NCBI GenBank assembly: GCA_029859505.1
Contig: JAOUCZ010000001.1
Coordinates: 1 to 62,017, forward strand
Reading direction: 5' to 3'
From: Lysobacterales bacterium
Lineage (GTDB): Bacteria; Pseudomonadota; Gammaproteobacteria; Xanthomonadales; SZUA-36
DNA length: 62,017 nt
This document shows, one piece after another, positions 10,949-21,554 of the stretch. The position numbers were made by a program, and so were the translations under genes. The stretch's first letter is position 1. Each line of letters starts with the position of its first letter. The notes beneath the pieces are model-generated. The model worked only from the letters and a program-made list of their open reading frames with translations, ran no database searches and was not told the origin of the DNA.

Positions 10949-11698
10949 TCAGGGCTTAACGAACTTTAATGTCCAGCGATCCGTGTTACCGGTGACCGTT
11001 TTACGTCCGACCTCATAACGCAATTCATCATCGGCACGGTAATGCATGTCTGAATAGTCTACAAATTTAAATCCGGCCGCCTCAATTTCGTGAATGGCAA
11101 GAACCGGATCAATTCTTCTGCGGTTTTCGGGAGTATCCTGTTCCATGTGACGGCGTGTATGGTCAACAACCGCATAAACACCACCGGATTTCAGCGCGTC
11201 AAATGAGGCTTTGTTCATAGCTGCCCGACCCTCGGCATCGAAGTTGTGGTAATTACGGAAAGTCAGCACCATATCCACATCCGTGACACCAAGTCCTTCA
11301 GTTTCCAGGGTGTAAGTACGTGCGCCATCTTTCCGATAAACCTTTGCATCGGTTGCAATGATCTGTACATCCTCAAAACCGGGCTCAGTAATCAGGTTCT
11401 TGGAAATATTTCCAGTACCCAACGCGGCAAAATATTCACCATTGTCCTGCACTACCGGTGCTAGTAACTTGGTGTACCAGCCTCCACCCGGAAGCAGTTC
11501 TACGATTTTCATATCATCGCGCAGGCCAAAAAACTTCAAGGTACTGACCGGACGACGGTTTCTGTCACGATCTTTTTCAGCATCTGTCCTGATATCAGCC
11601 GCCATGGCTGTTTTCAGCTTGGCCTCAACAGCATCAAAATCATCGGCAAATGCCAGGCTGGCAGAAACGATCAATAAAGCACTCAAAAAATATTTCAT
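10949..11698 (-). CDS. secreted class I SAM-dependent methyltransferase-like protein
   Basis: Start moved to ATG 11698 (MKYFLSALLIVSASLAFA, GGGAG SD upstream). VELLPGGGWYTKLLAPVV resembles methyltransferase motif I. The longer track ORF (to 11785) adds a non-signal N-terminus. Confidence 0.7.
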   Translation of the reverse strand: MKYFLSALLIVSASLAFADDFDAVEAKLKTAMAADIRTDAEKDRDRNRRPVSTLKFFGLRDDMKIVELLPGGGWYTKLLAPVVQDNGEYFAALGTGNISKNLITEPGFEDVQIIATDAKVYRKDGARTYTLETEGLGVTDVDMVLTFRNYHNFDAEGRAAMNKASFDALKSGGVYAVVDHTRRHMEQDTPENRRRIDPVLAIHEIEAAGFKFVDYSDMHYRADDELRYEVGRKTVTGNTDRWTLKFVKP

Positions 11699-11824
11699 CA
11701 AAACTCCCTGTAATTCAATTGCAATAATGCGGGGTGCAATCATAAAGGAATATGCACCGGGGTTCATGCTCAACAGGATTATCAAACCTGCCAGGCATGA
11801 TCACGTAATGGTTAAACAGACACG

Positions 11825-12127
11825 CTAATGACGCTCCAACTCGGCAATGCGATCCAGCAAATCAAGTGCCAGTGCGGCACCCGCCAGGTTGATCCCCAGA
11901 TCACGTTGCAGATGAATTACCGTCTTTACGCGTTTGAGACTACCAACGGTAAACCGCCAGTGTTCAACATCGCCCCCCATCGGATCCAGAATTCCCTCTG
12001 CCACCAGGGTAGTGACGGTTTTGGTTTCGACGGTACAACTGCGGCACAGGTCGGCCAATGTCACCAGGTCGTTTTCTTCCAATACCTGGCCGACGAGAAT
12101 TTTATCGCCACTTCTATCGACACCCAT
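11825..12127 (-). CDS. cbpM: chaperone modulatory protein CbpM (MerR-like)
   Basis: 100 aa, located 2 nt downstream of cbpA, the same gene order as E. coli cbpAM. ..HLQRDLGINLAGAALALDLLDRIAELER resembles the CbpM C-terminus. Confidence 0.75.
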   Translation of the reverse strand: MGVDRSGDKILVGQVLEENDLVTLADLCRSCTVETKTVTTLVAEGILDPMGGDVEHWRFTVGSLKRVKTVIHLQRDLGINLAGAALALDLLDRIAELERH

Positions 12128-12129
12128 GA

Positions 12130-13074
12130 TCAGGCCACCTCCATCGACGCACGTGGATCAAACTGAATTTCTTCCTGCATACGCTTGTAAAGCTCCCGTG
12201 ATTTCTCATCATCGGCAGGCGGCAACACCACCTGTAATACAACATAGAGATCACCTGGCGTTTTCGCCGGGATACCTCGTCCTTTCAGCCTAAGTTTCTT
12301 ACCGGCTTTTGAATTCGCTGGTATTTTCAGACCAATGGCACCGGATGGTGTGGGCACCTTCACACTCGCGCCCAACGCTGCCTCCCACGGCGCCACCGGC
12401 AATTCCAGGTAAACATCTGCACCCTCAACCCGGTAATAACGATGCGGATTAAACTCGATTTCAAGATACAAATCACCCGCTTTGCCGCTACCTTGTCCCT
12501 TGGCACCCTGTCCACCCAGGCGAATTTGCTGACCCTGGCGAATACCCTTAGGAATACTTACCTTTAACGTCCGGTTGCGTCGCACTACATGTCCGTCCGC
12601 CGTCACCTCCGGCATTTGTAGTGAAATTGAGCGGGACACACCATGATAGCTGTCTTCAAGATCGACGAGGATTTTGGCGTGATGGTCTTCACCTTGCATA
12701 TGGAATCCCCGGTTTCCACCACCAGGGCCTCTTGCCTGCCCGAATAGTGATTCAAAAAAATCACTGAAATCATGCTGGCCGGCACCACCACGGGGTGCCC
12801 CTTGAAACTCAAAACCGGCATCCCAACCGGGTGGCGGACGGGAGCCCTGCTGAGTGTTCCAGTTTGAACCCAACTGATCATATGCAACGCGTTTTTCAGG
12901 ATCTTTTAAAACCTCGTAGGCCTCTCCCACATCCTTGAACTTCTGTTCAGCATCCGACTCTTTGCTGACATCCGGATGGAATTTACGGGCCAGCTTTCGA
13001 TAAGCGCGCTTGATCTCATCCTGGGTGGCTTTGCGGTCAACGCCCAGTGTCTTGTAATAGTCCTTGTAATCCAT
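12130..13074 (-). CDS. cbpA: curved DNA-binding protein CbpA (DnaJ-class co-chaperone without zinc finger)
   Basis: 314 aa. J-domain DYYKTLGV...AYRKLARKFHPDV with HPD, a Gly-rich linker, and a DnaJ C-terminal domain (GDLYLEIEF.PH..Y..G.D.Y..LPV.PWEAALGA.V.VPT). Confidence 0.87.
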   Translation of the reverse strand: MDYKDYYKTLGVDRKATQDEIKRAYRKLARKFHPDVSKESDAEQKFKDVGEAYEVLKDPEKRVAYDQLGSNWNTQQGSRPPPGWDAGFEFQGAPRGGAGQHDFSDFFESLFGQARGPGGGNRGFHMQGEDHHAKILVDLEDSYHGVSRSISLQMPEVTADGHVVRRNRTLKVSIPKGIRQGQQIRLGGQGAKGQGSGKAGDLYLEIEFNPHRYYRVEGADVYLELPVAPWEAALGASVKVPTPSGAIGLKIPANSKAGKKLRLKGRGIPAKTPGDLYVVLQVVLPPADDEKSRELYKRMQEEIQFDPRASMEVA

Positions 13075-13160
13075 GCCTTATCCACTCACTGTGACAGATT
13101 GATACCCTGCCGCGACCAGCAGCATTCCTCATTGAGCCATGAATGGCTCCCTGGTACAGA

Positions 13161-13189
13161 ATGTTGGGGTGAAACCGCACTCCGTCAAT
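13161..13189 (-). promoter_or_regulatory. possible sigma32-type promoter upstream of cbpA
   Basis: The minus strand reads TTGACG-13 nt-CCCCAACAT. The heat-shock consensus is CTTGAA-N13-15-CCCCATNT. It lies about 87 nt upstream of the cbpA ATG. Confidence 0.3.
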
Positions 13190-13215
13190 GCCGGCGGGGA
13201 TTATAAAACCGTCAG

Positions 13216-13626
13216 TTAATCCAGAATTTCTTTTAGCTTTATTTTTTCCTTCGGTGTATAGGTTTCGGCTTCCTGTCGGGTCAATTGCTCAACACGTAGC
13301 GTCCAGCTTGAGAGACTGGAATCAACCTGAAAGATGAAACGACCACCCTCATTAAACAACTTTACGCCATTATCAACGTACTTGGTCATGACAATTTTAC
13401 CCACGTATTCACCCGCCACGGTGAGTAGATTTACCTCTACCGCCATCTGACCCGGGTAGTCTCCCTGTGTACGCCAATCCACAATCCATGGCGCTTCTAC
13501 TTCAAATTCTGCGGTGGTTTTGCTACTGGTGCCCTTGAACTCACGGATCAGTTCTTTGCTATTGGCGATATTTGCAAAACAACATAGCACTACAAAAACT
13601 ATAAAGCTGAATAAGAACCTGTTCAT
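13216..13626 (-). CDS. small secreted hypothetical protein
   Basis: Start moved to ATG 13626 (MNRFLFSFIVFVVLCCFANIANS, GGAGA SD). 136 aa with no recognisable motif. Confidence 0.55.
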   Translation of the reverse strand: MNRFLFSFIVFVVLCCFANIANSKELIREFKGTSSKTTAEFEVEAPWIVDWRTQGDYPGQMAVEVNLLTVAGEYVGKIVMTKYVDNGVKLFNEGGRFIFQVDSSLSSWTLRVEQLTRQEAETYTPKEKIKLKEILD

Positions 13627-13926
13627 TTGATTCTCCTGGTTTAGATTTACCTGCACACTGTCGGAAACTGAAAAAGCAGACGCTCTTACATTTATTATAA
13701 GAGTATTCAGTATCATTATCCCGCCAACAGATCATTCGATGCTGCTGTATGCATTGCCATCAGCCAGCTGAACAATTCCATTCGCGGTTGTAGCCTAGAA
13801 AAACTACAATGGACGGGTCTTTGACTATGCGGGTCACATTGATTGACCAGATCCCGCATCCGGACAAATGCTCAAACCAGAGATTGAGCTTTATCTATTC
13901 AGAATACAGAGCGCAGGACGGATTTT

Positions 13927-15066
13927 ATGCTAAGTCGCCTTCAGTTTTTATCACTGGTACTGATCAGTCTTTTTTTGATCGGTTGTAACAAGCCGGAATC
14001 TGCGGCACAACCCATACCGGAAGTATCCGTTGTGGTGGCAACGCCGAGCGACGTCCCGATTTTCTCGGAGTTTGTAGGAAAAACGGTGAGTTCGAGACGA
14101 ATTGAAATTCGCTCGCGAGTGGAAGGCTTTCTTGAAAAACGCCTATATGATGAAGGCACCATGGTGAAAGAAGGCCAGGTGTTGTTTCAAATGGATCGCA
14201 AACCTTTCGAAGCACAACTCAGCGCCGCGAAAGCCGAGTTGGCTCAGCAGCAGGCACGATTGACCAATGCCGAGGCCAATCTTGCGCGCGTAAAACCACT
14301 GGCAGAGCAAAACGCTGTCGCACAAAAAGAGCTGGATGATGCCATCAGTATGTATCGGTCTTCAGCAGCCTCGGTGGAGGCCGCCAAAGCAAAGGTCTTG
14401 CAAGCGGATCTGGACCTTGGTTACACCGACATTTACACACCGGTCACCGGGGTATCGAGTTTTGCCCGTAAACGTGAAGGCTCATTCATTGGCATAGGCC
14501 AGGATTCATTGTTGACCTATGTGGCTCAAATTCAACCCATGTGGGTGGAGTTCAGCATATCTGAAAACCAGATATTCCAGCTCCGGGCAAACCAGGAAAG
14601 TGGCCTGGTCAGATCACCGGAAAGTGAAGAGTATGTAGTTAAGATTGAACTTGCCGATCAGAGCATGTACCCGCAACACGGCAAGATTACCTTTGCCGAT
14701 GCCTCCTTGAGCGAAGAGACCGGGACGTTCCTGATCCGTGCTGAAATCCCAAACCCGGAAAAATCACTTCGTCCCGGTCAATTTGTACGGGCCCAAATTC
14801 ATGGTGCCGTTCGCCCGCAGGCCATTTTGGTCCCTCAACGGGCAGTACAACAGGGCGCCCAGGGTAGTTTTGTCTGGGTAATTGAAGACGGTAAAACGAA
14901 ATTTCAGACAGTAAAAACAGGTCCATGGCATGGCGATGACTGGTTTATCGAAGCGGGATTGAAGGGGGGCGAGCAGATTATTGTCGATGGCGCTTTAACT
15001 GTCCGACCCGGTATAGAAGTCAGCACCGTTCCCTACCAGGCTGCCACTAAAACCGGCAAGGGCTAA
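13927..15066 (+). CDS. RND efflux periplasmic adaptor (membrane fusion protein, AcrA/MexA family)
   Basis: 379 aa with lipobox LFLIGC and a coiled-coil hairpin (AQLSAAKAELAQQQARLTNAEANLARV). It is followed 5 nt later by the RND pump. Confidence 0.9.
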   Translation: MLSRLQFLSLVLISLFLIGCNKPESAAQPIPEVSVVVATPSDVPIFSEFVGKTVSSRRIEIRSRVEGFLEKRLYDEGTMVKEGQVLFQMDRKPFEAQLSAAKAELAQQQARLTNAEANLARVKPLAEQNAVAQKELDDAISMYRSSAASVEAAKAKVLQADLDLGYTDIYTPVTGVSSFARKREGSFIGIGQDSLLTYVAQIQPMWVEFSISENQIFQLRANQESGLVRSPESEEYVVKIELADQSMYPQHGKITFADASLSEETGTFLIRAEIPNPEKSLRPGQFVRAQIHGAVRPQAILVPQRAVQQGAQGSFVWVIEDGKTKFQTVKTGPWHGDDWFIEAGLKGGEQIIVDGALTVRPGIEVSTVPYQAATKTGKG

Positions 15067-15071
15067 ACAGT

Positions 15072-18000
15072 ATGATTTCTGCAACGTTTATCAAGCGACC
15101 AATCATGGCCACGGTGTTGTCTATCGTTGTCTTGATTGGCGGTTTTGTATCGATGGCAGGCCTGCCAATTACGCAATATCCGGATATTGCACCGGTGCAG
15201 GTAACAGTCTCTACCAATTATCCCGGTGCCGATGCCGACACGGTGGCCAACTCGGTAGCCGCACCGCTTGAAAAGCAGATCAACGGTGTCGACAACATGC
15301 TTTACATGCAGTCGAGCAGTTCGGCAACAGGCAACCTGACGCTGACCGTCTTCTTCAGTATGGATACTGATCCTGATACCGCCGAGGTACAGGTGAACAA
15401 TCGCGTCGGTCTGGCACTGCCGGAGTTACCCGATGTGGTACGCAGTGCCGGTGTGAAAGTAGAAAAGCGCTCATCCAGCTTTCTGATGCTGATCGGCATC
15501 TACTCCCCTGAAGATCGTTATGATGAGCAGTACATAGGCAACTATGCTGACCTGTACGTTCTCGATGCACTCAAACGTATTCCCGGTGCCAACCAGGCCA
15601 GCATCATGGGTCTGCCCGACCTGGCGATGCGTCTCTGGTTACAGCCGGATCGTATGGCCAGTCTGGGTATTACAGCCACCGACATACAAGCAGCGGTAAG
15701 TGAGCAAAACAAACTGTTCGGTGCCGGCCGGCTTGGCCAGGCACCCACATCACGACCGGTGGAGATGACATTCCCCGTAGTAACCGAGGGCCGATTTGAC
15801 AAGGCTGAGGAATTCGAGAACGTCATCTTGAGAGCAGACCCTGAAGGCACTGCAATTGTGCGTATGAAAGACGTCGGCTTTGCCGAAGAGGGTCTTAAGC
15901 AATACCTGTTGCGTTCAAACCTTAATGGCAGCGCTGCAACGTTCATCGCTGTCTACCAGCAACCCGGTTCCAACGCGATGGAAGTGGCCGCTAATATTCG
16001 TGCGGAACTGGCCCGGTTGAAAGAGGGCTTTCCCGATGGCATCGACTACAAAGTTTCGCTGGACTCGACCGAGTTTGTAAAGGCCTCTATTGATGAGGTA
16101 ATTGAAACCCTGATTATTGCAGTCATTCTCGTTATTCTTGTGACCTACCTGTTTCTGCAAAGCATCAATTCCACGCTGATACCCACCATCGCCATTTTTG
16201 TTTCAATCATCGGCACATTCATGGGTATGTCCGCACTTGGTTTCTCGATTAATCTGCTGACCCTGTTCGGACTGATCCTGGCCATTGGCATTGTTTGTGA
16301 TGACGCGATCGTGGTGGTTGAAAACGTCGAGCGAAACATGAACGAAGAAGGCATGAAGCCACTGGAAGCAACCTTCCGCGCTATGGAGGAGGTAACCGGT
16401 CCCGTCATCGCCACCACACTGGTATTGATCGCAGTGTTCGTGCCTGTGGCATTCCTGGCTGGCACCACGGGTGTCCTGTACAAGCAGTTTGCCATCACCA
16501 TTGCAATTTCTGTGGGTATTTCCAGTTTTGTGGCGCTCACCCTGACACCGGCCCTGGCAGCTATATTACTCAAACCGGCCTCAACGCCCGGTCGTTTCTT
16601 CACGACCTTCAATAACTGGGTGGAACGCATGACCAACCAGTATGTCGACGGTGTCAAACTGGCTATTAAGTATGGCGGCTTTGCGCTGGCTGCGCTGGCC
16701 GCCATGCTCATCAGTATTTATGTTCTTTTCACCGTTATTCCGGGTAGCTTTGTACCGGCCGAAGATCAGGGCTTTCTGTTCGCGGCGGTTGTTTTGCCCG
16801 ATGGTGCGAGCATAGACAGATCAGAGGAAATGACCAACGAGGTCGCCGACATATTTGCGGCACATCCAGCGGTTGAGGATGCTTCAGCCCTATCCGGTTA
16901 TAGCATCATCGACGGTCAATTCAAAACCAACACAGGGACAGTATTCATTTCACTCAAGGATTTTTCGGAACGTACTGACCCGTCTCTGACAGCCAATGCG
17001 CTCATGGCCCACGTAGCACCGAAACTCAGGTCCCTGAAAGAAGGCTTTGCTTTCCCGATCAATCCGCCACCCATTCCCGGTCTCGGAACACAGGGCGGGT
17101 TTGAGTTCTGGTTACAGAACCGTGGTCAGGGTGGTGTCGCACATCTTGAGGAAACAACACGCAAACTGATTACAAGGGCCAATGAAACCGGCGAGGTGGT
17201 CAGACTGAATACAACCATCAACTCCGCCTCCCGTCAGTTACGCACCAATGTCGACCGGGCCAAGGCGGAGACATTGGGCTTGCCCATCGCTGATGTTTAC
17301 AACACGCTGCAAACCCTTTTTGGATCCTTGTATGTCAGTCAGTACAACAAATTTGGCCGCGTCTGGCAGGTAATTTTGCAGGCCGAACCGCGTTTTCGTG
17401 AAAAACCGGAAGACATTCAGAATATTTTCGTGCGTCAGGAACAGGGTGAGATGGTACCGCTTTCCTCAGTTGTCACAACTGAGTTCGTTTCCGGCCCTGA
17501 TCTGGTAACGCGCTTTAATGGCTTTCTGGCCGCGAAGATTACCGGTGACGCGGCACCGGGCTTCAGTTCAGGTCAGGCCATTGCCACCATGGAGTCGGCC
17601 TCGACTGATGTGCTGCCAAATGGTTACACCTACGCGTGGTCGGGTCAGGCATATGAGGAAAAACAGGCCAGCGGTACGGCTGCCATAGTCTTCGTGTTCG
17701 CGCTGGTCATGGTGTTCCTGATCCTGGCTGCACAATATGAACAGTGGTCTTTACCCATCGCGGTGGTGACCGCAGTTCCGTTTGGCATTTTTGGTGCACT
17801 TGTTTCAGTCTGGGCGCGCGGCATGGAGAATGACGTTTACTTCCAGATTGGGCTGGTTACCCTGATTGGACTTTCAACCAAGAATGCCATTCTGATCGTG
17901 GAGTTTGCAGAGCTCAAGTACAGGGAAGGTATGGCCGCCAAAGATGCTGCAATTGAAGCCGCCCGCCTGCGTCTACGGCCAATTTTGATGACCTCGCTAT

Positions 18001-18218
18001 CTTTTATTCTGGGTGCGATGCCGTTGGTTCTGGCCTCCGGTGCCGGCGCTGCGGCCCGGCACTCAATTGGCACCGGTATCATCGGAGGCATGATAGGCGC
18101 AACCACGCTGGCCCTGTTCTTTGTGCCCCTTTTCTATTACCTGATTATCTCGGCCAAGGAGAAGGTGTCTGGCAAGAAGCCGGTCAGTGAAACAACCCCG
18201 ATGGATGGAGGGACCTGA
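15072..18218 (+). CDS. RND multidrug efflux permease (AcrB/MexB family)
   Basis: 1048 aa with 12-TM topology and two large periplasmic loops. The N-terminus MISATFIKRPIMATVLSIVVLIGG and the DDAIVVVENVERNM motif are typical of the family. Confidence 0.95.
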   Translation: MISATFIKRPIMATVLSIVVLIGGFVSMAGLPITQYPDIAPVQVTVSTNYPGADADTVANSVAAPLEKQINGVDNMLYMQSSSSATGNLTLTVFFSMDTDPDTAEVQVNNRVGLALPELPDVVRSAGVKVEKRSSSFLMLIGIYSPEDRYDEQYIGNYADLYVLDALKRIPGANQASIMGLPDLAMRLWLQPDRMASLGITATDIQAAVSEQNKLFGAGRLGQAPTSRPVEMTFPVVTEGRFDKAEEFENVILRADPEGTAIVRMKDVGFAEEGLKQYLLRSNLNGSAATFIAVYQQPGSNAMEVAANIRAELARLKEGFPDGIDYKVSLDSTEFVKASIDEVIETLIIAVILVILVTYLFLQSINSTLIPTIAIFVSIIGTFMGMSALGFSINLLTLFGLILAIGIVCDDAIVVVENVERNMNEEGMKPLEATFRAMEEVTGPVIATTLVLIAVFVPVAFLAGTTGVLYKQFAITIAISVGISSFVALTLTPALAAILLKPASTPGRFFTTFNNWVERMTNQYVDGVKLAIKYGGFALAALAAMLISIYVLFTVIPGSFVPAEDQGFLFAAVVLPDGASIDRSEEMTNEVADIFAAHPAVEDASALSGYSIIDGQFKTNTGTVFISLKDFSERTDPSLTANALMAHVAPKLRSLKEGFAFPINPPPIPGLGTQGGFEFWLQNRGQGGVAHLEETTRKLITRANETGEVVRLNTTINSASRQLRTNVDRAKAETLGLPIADVYNTLQTLFGSLYVSQYNKFGRVWQVILQAEPRFREKPEDIQNIFVRQEQGEMVPLSSVVTTEFVSGPDLVTRFNGFLAAKITGDAAPGFSSGQAIATMESASTDVLPNGYTYAWSGQAYEEKQASGTAAIVFVFALVMVFLILAAQYEQWSLPIAVVTAVPFGIFGALVSVWARGMENDVYFQIGLVTLIGLSTKNAILIVEFAELKYREGMAAKDAAIEAARLRLRPILMTSLSFILGAMPLVLASGAGAAARHSIGTGIIGGMIGATTLALFFVPLFYYLIISAKEKVSGKKPVSETTPMDGGT

Positions 18219-18219
18219 T

Positions 18220-19707
18220 ATGAAGATCCTTTCAACCACACTAATAGTACTTATTCTTGGTGCATGTGCCGTCGGCCCTGATTACGAAAAACCTGAACTT
18301 AATACACCCGAAGCTTATCGGTTCACAGATGAACAGGCCTCGGACGTGGTTAATACCCAATGGTGGACACAATTCGATGATGCTGTACTCGACGAACTGA
18401 TAGATGAAGCGCTACGGGCTAACCTGGATGTACGTACCGCCGCTGCCAGGGTGGAACAATTTGCAGCCCGTTTGAATATCACCCGCTCGGAGTTTTTTCC
18501 GCAGGTTGGCTATGGTGTCGCTGGTGACCGTCAGGGCATCAGCAGAGACAAGGCTGACTATCTCGGAGTCGATTCCATCACCACCAGTTACGAGGCCACT
18601 ATTAATGTCGGCTGGGAGCTGGATGTCTGGGGCCGTATACGCCGAGCCTCGGAAGCTTCGAGAGCCCAGTTACTGGCTGCCGAAGAATCACGCCGCACCG
18701 TGATCCTGAGCCTGGTTTCGTCTGTGGCGACCAGCTATGTCAGCTTACGACGTCTCGACAGCCAATTGGAAATTGCCATCCGGACGAGGGACTTACGTAA
18801 GGAATCACTGCGATTGTTCGAGTTACAATTTAGTGGTGGCGTAATTAGCCAGTTGCAACTTTCCCAGATACAGTCTGAATACGAGCTTGCGGTTGGTGCG
18901 GTACCCGTCATAGAAAGGGATATTGCCATCCTGGAAAACCTGATCTCGGCATTGCTTGGGCGTAATCCGGGCCCCATCCCACGCGGCAAGAGCATCGATA
19001 AGCTGACGCTTGCGCAGGTACCTGCAGGAGTTCCGTCAGATGTGTTACTTCGCAGACCAGACATCCGGCGGTCAGAACAGTTATTGATTTCCAATAATGC
19101 ACTGATCGGTGTTGCGCGCGCTGCCTATTTTCCAAGGATTTCACTGACGGGTCTGGCCGGGTTTGTCAGTGGCGACCTTGACGCCTGGTTTGATTCCGAT
19201 TCTGTCGCCTGGGCTGCCGGAGGCGCTCTCAGCGGTAGTATTTTCACTGGCGGTGCTCTTTCTGGTGGAGTGAAACAGGCTGAGGCCCTTCAACAGCAAT
19301 CATTGTTCGCCTACCAGCAGTCAATTATTACCGCCTTGCAAGAGGTGGAAGATGCCCTGATCAGTACCCAGAAAGCACGTGAGAAACTACTCTCAGATGG
19401 TCGCCGGGTCGAAGCTTTGAAAGAGTACGCGCGTATGGCACGGCTTCGCTACGACAATGGTTTTACCAGTTATATCGAAGTGCTGGATTCGGAGCGCAGC
19501 CTGTTTGCTGCAAAACTGACTTTTGTGGATACACAAAAAGATATATATGTTGGCTTGATCAACACCTACAAGGCGATGGGTGGCGGATGGGTCGTACTGG
19601 CAGAGCAAAAGGCAAACGAAGTGGACTTCCCAAGCGGTGAAGACACCTATATACCGGATCCGGAAGCAGCAGCGACTTACAGCGAAGCGGAGCCCGTGAA
19701 CCGATAA
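18220..19707 (+). CDS. efflux outer-membrane factor lipoprotein (NodT/OprM family)
   Basis: Start set at ATG 18220 (MKILSTTLIVLILGAC lipobox), 1 nt after the pump stop. It has the tandem OEP repeats and the typical ..YKAMGGGW C-terminal motif. Confidence 0.9.
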   Translation: MKILSTTLIVLILGACAVGPDYEKPELNTPEAYRFTDEQASDVVNTQWWTQFDDAVLDELIDEALRANLDVRTAAARVEQFAARLNITRSEFFPQVGYGVAGDRQGISRDKADYLGVDSITTSYEATINVGWELDVWGRIRRASEASRAQLLAAEESRRTVILSLVSSVATSYVSLRRLDSQLEIAIRTRDLRKESLRLFELQFSGGVISQLQLSQIQSEYELAVGAVPVIERDIAILENLISALLGRNPGPIPRGKSIDKLTLAQVPAGVPSDVLLRRPDIRRSEQLLISNNALIGVARAAYFPRISLTGLAGFVSGDLDAWFDSDSVAWAAGGALSGSIFTGGALSGGVKQAEALQQQSLFAYQQSIITALQEVEDALISTQKAREKLLSDGRRVEALKEYARMARLRYDNGFTSYIEVLDSERSLFAAKLTFVDTQKDIYVGLINTYKAMGGGWVVLAEQKANEVDFPSGEDTYIPDPEAAATYSEAEPVNR

Positions 19708-19734
19708 GTCCTAATCCATCACTAAGCTGAGGCC

Positions 19735-21513
19735 ATGACAGACCAGAACATTCTCTTTACCTTGTTGTTTTTCGTTTTTGCATTCCTTATTTGGGGGCGC
19801 TGGCGTTACGACCTTGTTGCATTCTCGGCCTTACTGATTGCCGCTGGCGTCGGTGTTATACCGGTCAATGAAGTTTTCTCCGGTTTTGGACACCCCGCAG
19901 TGGTGGTTATCGCACTGGTGCTAATCGTAAGCAAAGGTCTGTCTAACTCAGGCGCCATCGAACTTCTGTCACGTTACCTGATTGTCGGGTCACGCAAGCT
20001 GGGAACTCATATCGGTATCATGGCGGGCTTTGCTGCTGTACTTTCTGCGGTCATGAATAATGTTGCGGCCCTGGCGCTGCTGATGCCCCTGGATATGCAG
20101 GCAGCGGCAAAAGCCAAACGCAGTCCTGCATTGAGCCTCATGCCACTTTCATTCGCTTCAATCCTCGGCGGTATGATCACATTGATCGGTACACCACCCA
20201 ATATCGTGATCGCCGAATACAGAGCCAGCGTGATGGGCGAACCTTACCGCATGTTTGATTTTGCACCTGTGGGTATCGCTGTTGCCATTGTTGGCGTTGC
20301 CTATGTCGCATTGATTGGCTGGCGGTTGATCCCCGTGGCCAGGGGCGAGCACGACTCGGCCAAGGAGTTAAGCCATCTTGGGGATTACCTTGCTGAAGTC
20401 AAAGTGCCTGAAACATCCAAGGCTATAGGACAAAAAGTACGGGATCTGGATGAGATAACCGCTGAGCACGAGACTGAGATTGTAGGTCTGATCCGACGCG
20501 GCGAACGTCAACCGGGTATGGCACGTCGTGTGGAGATCCGTAAGAACGACATCCTGGTAATAAAAGCCGCACCTGACGGAATAGAAGCTATCGTTGGTGC
20601 ACTCGGGCTTCAATATGCCAGGAAAAACAATACCGAAGGTGGTGTGTTCACTTCCGATGATGCTTCCCTGCTGGAGGTTGTTGTTCCACAAGGTGCACGT
20701 ATTGACGGCCGCTCAGCCCACTCATTACGCCTGATGTACCGGCATGGGGTCACGCTGCTTGGTGTCTCGAGGCAGGGCAAGCGCTTTATCAAGCGGGTGC
20801 AGGATCTGGAGATACAAGCCGGTGATATTCTCCTATTGCTCGGTAACAGTGAAAAACTGGATGATATTGCCAATTGGCTAGGTTGCCTGCCCCTGGCCGA
20901 ACGGGGATTGCAGGTCACTCAGCGAAAGAAGGCCGGGCTTGCCGTGCTGATCTTCGGTAGTGCCGTTTTACTGGCAAGTATCGGTGCGCTATACCTGACT
21001 GTGGCTCTCGGTATCGCGGTCGTATTGATGGTGCTAACCGGCATCATGCCTCTGCGACAGGTGTATCAATCCGTTGAGTGGTCGGTGATCGTGCTGTTGG
21101 GATCAATGATCCCTATTGGTATTGCACTGGAGGCCAGCGGCGGCACTGCGCTGATTGCTTCCGGCATTGTGAATACAGCTTCTAGCCTGTCACCGGCAGC
21201 GGTGATGGTGATACTGATGATTGTTACCATGACGCTATCGGATGTGATGAACAATGTTGCCACTGCCGTGATCGCAGCACCCATTGGGGTCAATATTGCG
21301 AATGCACTGGGTGTGAATCCGGACCCGTTCCTGATGTGTGTGGCAGTTGCAGCGAGTTGCGCGTTCCTTACACCCATCGGGCACAAGAATAACACCCTTA
21401 TCATGGGCCCCGGGGGTTACCGCTTTGGCGACTATTGGCGTATGGGCTTACCACTGGAAATATTGGTCATTATGATCGGTGCACCGATGATTCTTTGGGT
21501 TTGGCCGCTTTGA
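19735..21513 (+). CDS. SLC13/DASS-type permease with two central TrkA-C (RCK_C) domains
   Basis: 592 aa. Hydrophobic N- and C-terminal halves flank two soluble repeats (LAEVKVPETSKAIGQKVRDLD.. and LLEVVVPQGARIDGRSAHSLRL..). Confidence 0.82.
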   Translation: MTDQNILFTLLFFVFAFLIWGRWRYDLVAFSALLIAAGVGVIPVNEVFSGFGHPAVVVIALVLIVSKGLSNSGAIELLSRYLIVGSRKLGTHIGIMAGFAAVLSAVMNNVAALALLMPLDMQAAAKAKRSPALSLMPLSFASILGGMITLIGTPPNIVIAEYRASVMGEPYRMFDFAPVGIAVAIVGVAYVALIGWRLIPVARGEHDSAKELSHLGDYLAEVKVPETSKAIGQKVRDLDEITAEHETEIVGLIRRGERQPGMARRVEIRKNDILVIKAAPDGIEAIVGALGLQYARKNNTEGGVFTSDDASLLEVVVPQGARIDGRSAHSLRLMYRHGVTLLGVSRQGKRFIKRVQDLEIQAGDILLLLGNSEKLDDIANWLGCLPLAERGLQVTQRKKAGLAVLIFGSAVLLASIGALYLTVALGIAVVLMVLTGIMPLRQVYQSVEWSVIVLLGSMIPIGIALEASGGTALIASGIVNTASSLSPAAVMVILMIVTMTLSDVMNNVATAVIAAPIGVNIANALGVNPDPFLMCVAVAASCAFLTPIGHKNNTLIMGPGGYRFGDYWRMGLPLEILVIMIGAPMILWVWPL

Positions 21514-21554
21514 GTCAAAGTAGGATATGAGAAAATTATGAAGAGAGATACAAC

